DNA of 52,691 bases from Atractiella rhizophila (taxonomy: Eukaryota). Under the pieces are notes generated by a model, which was given only the letters and a program-made list of their open reading frames with translations, was not told where the DNA came from and ran no database searches. Shown one piece after another: positions 48,891 to 52,691 of this stretch (its first letter is position 1; the number at the start of each line of letters is the position of its first letter). The stretch lies in assembly GCA_021432655.1 (NCBI GenBank), contig MU271296.1, positions 13,631 through 66,321 on the forward strand, in the 5' to 3' direction. Both the position numbers and the translations under genes were made by a program.

Positions 48891-49513
48891 TCGTTAGACG
48901 CGTAGAAATGGCTAAAAGAGAGGGTTGAGGGTCACTCATAAATATTCAGGATCATGACATTCCACTCGTTTTGTGTTAGACCAAGGAGCGAGAGCTGTTC
49001 ATTTATCTCTCAGTTAGAACTAAGTTAATTGCGTTCATCGCGACCCAGATGCGTCGCCAGTTGCCGTCTCATAGAGCGGATGCAGGTTAAAAAATGCCTC
49101 ACTGGCGCGTCAACGAAATAAAACGGGCCTCTCACCAGCTTCACCCTCCATCAACCCATGAACGCCCAACGACCAATATTACTTCTCCACCAAAAGGCCA
49201 ACTTTCCAGCATCTCAAGCTTGCATCCAATATTTCCATGCTCGACTACACTAACAGCTGCTACCAGAGCATGAGTTGGACAGCTGGACTTTATAGCTATC
49301 CCGGACTCGGAGTTGGGGCCGAGCTCTGGGCGGCGTGATTGCTTGAGTTTGCTCATTTTCAAAATCGCAAATGGTCGCGAAGTTTTACCACCACAGTGGC
49401 ACCAGCACCCCAGAAACGATTCGACACTGTCACTTCTCCTCTCTGGCTTCGATTACGGACTCTCCAGTAGATTTGATTACAGGCTTATAGAACTATTAAC
49501 TTGTCTAGTTAAT

Positions 49514-51649
49514 ATGGAGAAACGCAAGCGTTTGCTGGTAGGCCAGCCCCTGCTCTACCTGACTTCCTGTTTCGTTTCTCTCGGCGTATTTCTGGTGAGC
49601 GCTTCTTTTCGCCGCAAAACATGGGAAGAAGAGTTGAAGACGACTCCATAGTTCGGATATGACCAAGGTGTCATGTCTGGTATCATCACTGGACCGTACT
49701 TTATGACCTACTTTCACACTCCAACACACTATGAAATCGGAATCATGGTTGCCATCCTAGAGGTCGGGGCATTCAGTGCGTCCTATTCCCAAATATGCGT
49801 CTCGTTCTAATAAGAAATGGATGCACAGTCACCTCTCTCCTTGCCGGACTAATTGGCGACGTTTTCGGTCGCCGTCGTACCCTGTTCATGGGTGCTTTCA
49901 TCTTTACCATTGGAGGAGCCATCCAGACTGTCACGAACGGATTTCCCATGATGGTTTTTGGACGTATCATTTCCGGCTTTGGCGTGGGTTTCCTGTCGTA
50001 AGTTGCTCTGCTGCAGGGAGGACGAGTTCAAACTGGGAAGAAAGGATGATCGTGCCAGTGTATCAATCCGAAATCTCCCCTGCGGAGCACCGTGGGAAGT
50101 TGGCGTGCATCGAGTTCACAGGTAACATTGTTGGGTATGCGAGCAGCGTGGTCAGTACTGTTTTAATTAATGTGTTGTAAGAGTGACGAAGTTGGGTTGT
50201 GTAGTGGATCGATTACTTTTCCTCGTTCTGGGCATCCGATATGTCATGGCGTTTCCCTCTCGCGATTCAGTGTGTCATTGGCCTCATCCTTGCTCTTGGG
50301 TCTCTCGTCATTCCAGAATCCCCAAGGTACCTACATACTACTTCATTTCACAGTCAAGCAGCGGCTGACGCTAACCTAGGTGGCTCCTCGATACCGATCG
50401 CGACATTACGGGTCTCAAAGTCCTTGCTGACCTTCATGGAGAAGGCGACCCTCACCATCCTAAGGCTCGGTTCGAGTTCACTGAGATCAAGGAGAAGGTC
50501 TTAGCTGATGTGCGCATATTTTTTTTATTGTCTCCCTAGGACATTGTTCTCACAGCTTGCACGAATAGCGTGCCGCTGGGAAGAGAGGTTATGTTGACAT
50601 GTGGCGCAAGTATAAAGGACGAGTCTTGCTCGCTATGTCTTCTCAAGGTTTTGCTCAGCTTAATGGTATCAATGGTTTGTGCTCCTTGCTCCTCGCTTTT
50701 TGCATGAGTTGATGATGGATCTCCGCGCAGTCATTTCCTATTACGCACCTCTGGTCTTCGAACAAGCTGGATGGATCGGAAGGGATGCAATCCTGATGAC
50801 CGGCATAAATGCTGTCATTTACGTTTTGTCAACCATTCCTCCGTGTGTCCCTTTTCTCATGGTAGTGGATGTTTCGCTGATTTTGTTTCGAATGTAATAG
50901 GTGGTACCTAGTCGATCGGTGGGGCCGGCGCCCGATTCTCATCAGCGGAGGCATCATTATGGCTCTTGCACTCGGCAGCATTGGCGCATTTATAAGAGCG
51001 GATCAGTCTTATACTCCCAAAGCAGTGGTAGGAGGTGTAATCGTCTTCAATGCCTTCTTCGGATACTCTTGGGGACCGATTCCGTGGCTTTACCCTCCCG
51101 AAATCATGCCCCTTCCTTTGTACGTCTCTTTCTGTAGCTAACACTTGATCGGTTGAGTTGTTGAGTTGACATATCGCTTGCTGGAACTAGCCGAGTTAAA
51201 GGGGTTAGCTTGTCGACTGCTACTAATTGGCTCTTCAATTTCATTGTCGGCGTTGGCACACCTACGCTTCAGGATAAAATCGGTTGGTTGCTCTACGTCA
51301 TGCATGGAGGGTTTTGTGTCGCATCATGCATCCTCGGTCTGTGCATTATGCCCACTGCGTAGACTCAACTCATAGTGGGAAGATAGTATACTTCCTCTAC
51401 CCAGAAACGATGGGAGTTCCTCTCGAAGAAATGGATGCTCTCTTTGGCGACGACAGTCGCGGAGACATGGACGAGACTACTTCCCTGGTGCACTCGAGGG
51501 CAGGATCTATGGACGCTGTTCACCCTCCGGATTTAGATGAAGAGGAGATCGGGAAGGCAGCTGAGAGGGAACAGAGGAAGAGCGGAGGATTCTTGGGCTT
51601 TGGAAGGTCGAAGAGGGACGATTATGAAGCTGTGAACCAGGATGAGTAG
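49514..51649 (+). CDS. MFS sugar porter (hexose/glycerol transporter-like); multi-exon
   Basis: FGYDQGVMSGII, GDVFGRRRTL, GRIISGFGVG, VPVYQSEISP..HRGKL, WRFPL, PESPRWL, AQLNGINVISYYAP, VDRWGRRP, SWGPIPWLYPPEI, YPETMGVPLEEMD; stop at 51649. Confidence 0.95.
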
Positions 51650-52214
51650 GATGAGGAGGAAGAGTTCGAGCTCGTAGGATTGAACGGAGACAGAAACGGA
51701 AAGGATTGAAGACGATGAAACGAGTCGGACGATCCCGGTCAACGTTCAATTTGAAGGCGAGATCTCTTCCACCACACTGTCAAACGGGGAGGATTCGTAA
51801 TCAATGCACAGAAACGATCCATCATTTCGAATTTTCGACATTTTCCACCTACAGATACCATTTTACAAACATTGTTTCGACTAGATCGTAACAGGCCAAT
51901 TTGGTTTAGTTTTGTACTTTCTGCCCTGAATATTCCCCATCGTTTTTCACCTGTGGGCTTACCCATCCTTTAAACCATCATTTGCATCTAGCATCCTCCA
52001 CAAGGGAAGCCGAATATTCGTTTTCGTGCATAAATAGGCTAGAAAAGAAATGCTGCTTGGTTCTCTGTCGATATTTTGTCCTTGCGGACGAATTTTTGTA
52101 GCTGAAATATACTTTGCTTTCGCTAAATTTTATTCGTAGCCGCAACAATCGAGTAAAAGGAGGAGCTAGATGAAATGAAATTCTAACACAACAAACAATT
52201 AGGTGGCACCTGTC

Positions 52215-52691
52215 TCAAAACCTGCTTATGGTTGTCCAACGATCCGCGGCATCCTCTTTGATTGTGTACTGACGAAGACTCCGGAAGGTATCTGCATGTA
52301 GCCTTCGTTCAAAGTGCCCCGATCGGAACGTCAGGCGAACATTTAGCTCTTCTAGGATTTCGTCGAACCAGCGGATGAAAGTCCAAAGGGCAGAAAAGTC
52401 TCCTCTGCAGAGGCAATCGTCAACGCTGAGAATCCGCAAACTGCTTCTCGAAGAACCGAAGACTTTCTCGCACGTCTCCAAATCCGAAAGGGATCCCTCC
52501 AATCGCAAGATCTGCAAATTATGATTAAAATTCGCCTGTTCCGAACCGCCATCGAGATGCTCAAAATCCAGAGTCGCACAAACGATATTCAATTCTCTGA
52601 GCGTCTCGTTGGCGTCTTCCAAGTGAGGGAAAACTTTGAAGAACCTGGCGTAACGTGTCTTTCCTGGTCCCAAAGTGTTGCGGAAGGTGAG
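52215..52691 (-). CDS. Partial leucine-rich (RNI/F-box-like) hypothetical protein; 5' part lies outside the window
   Basis: Frame open from the window edge to 52215 with LxxLxL repeats (LRELNI, LQILRL, LRILSV, LEELNV); the 3' end may be spliced further. Confidence 0.5.
   Translation of the reverse strand, partial: LTFRNTLGPGKTRYARFFKVFPHLEDANETLRELNIVCATLDFEHLDGGSEQANFNHNLQILRLEGSLSDLETCEKVFGSSRSSLRILSVDDCLCRGDFSALWTFIRWFDEILEELNVRLTFRSGHFERRLHADTFRSLRQYTIKEDAADRWTTISRF

Noticed and set aside
1..52691. CRISPR arrays, prokaryotic operons, transposase or reverse-transcriptase ORFs, rRNA
   Set aside because: None seen; the sequence is spliceosomal-intron-rich fungal DNA with no repeat-spacer array or mobile-element coding motifs.

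Overview
Gene-dense, intron-rich eukaryotic DNA from a fungus, most likely a basidiomycete (introns mostly ~45-65 nt with CTRAY branch points, several microexons). About 16 protein-coding loci: serine carboxypeptidase S10 (5'-truncated), a large single-pass membrane protein, an ARM-repeat protein, a steroid 5-alpha-reductase-family gene, an RBM39-like splicing factor, a DUF1295 protein, SSF1/Ppan, two paralogous DHA2-type MFS pumps, GH76, a DUF3455 secreted protein, two F-box/LRR-like proteins, an SDR, an uncharacterised membrane protein, ribokinase, an MDR reductase and a sugar porter. There are also two identical tRNA-Leu(UAA) genes. Two tandem duplications (1984 bp and ~1720 bp), a ~1 kb T-depleted noisy segment and two homopolymer frameshifts suggest local assembly problems or co-assembled haplotypes. 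The most interesting signal: the three unusually long introns found (929 nt in the 5-alpha-reductase gene, 557 nt in SSF1, a putative 682-nt 5'UTR intron) each fold into long G-U-containing helices on the transcribed strand. The duplicated 929-nt intron shows compensatory base changes, pointing to uncharacterised intronic structured RNAs. A ~171-bp tandem repeat with a doubly covarying hairpin lies in the divergent MFS/sugar-transporter promoter. GC-AG introns are frequent. All gene models and folds were derived by eye; no database search or folding program was run.
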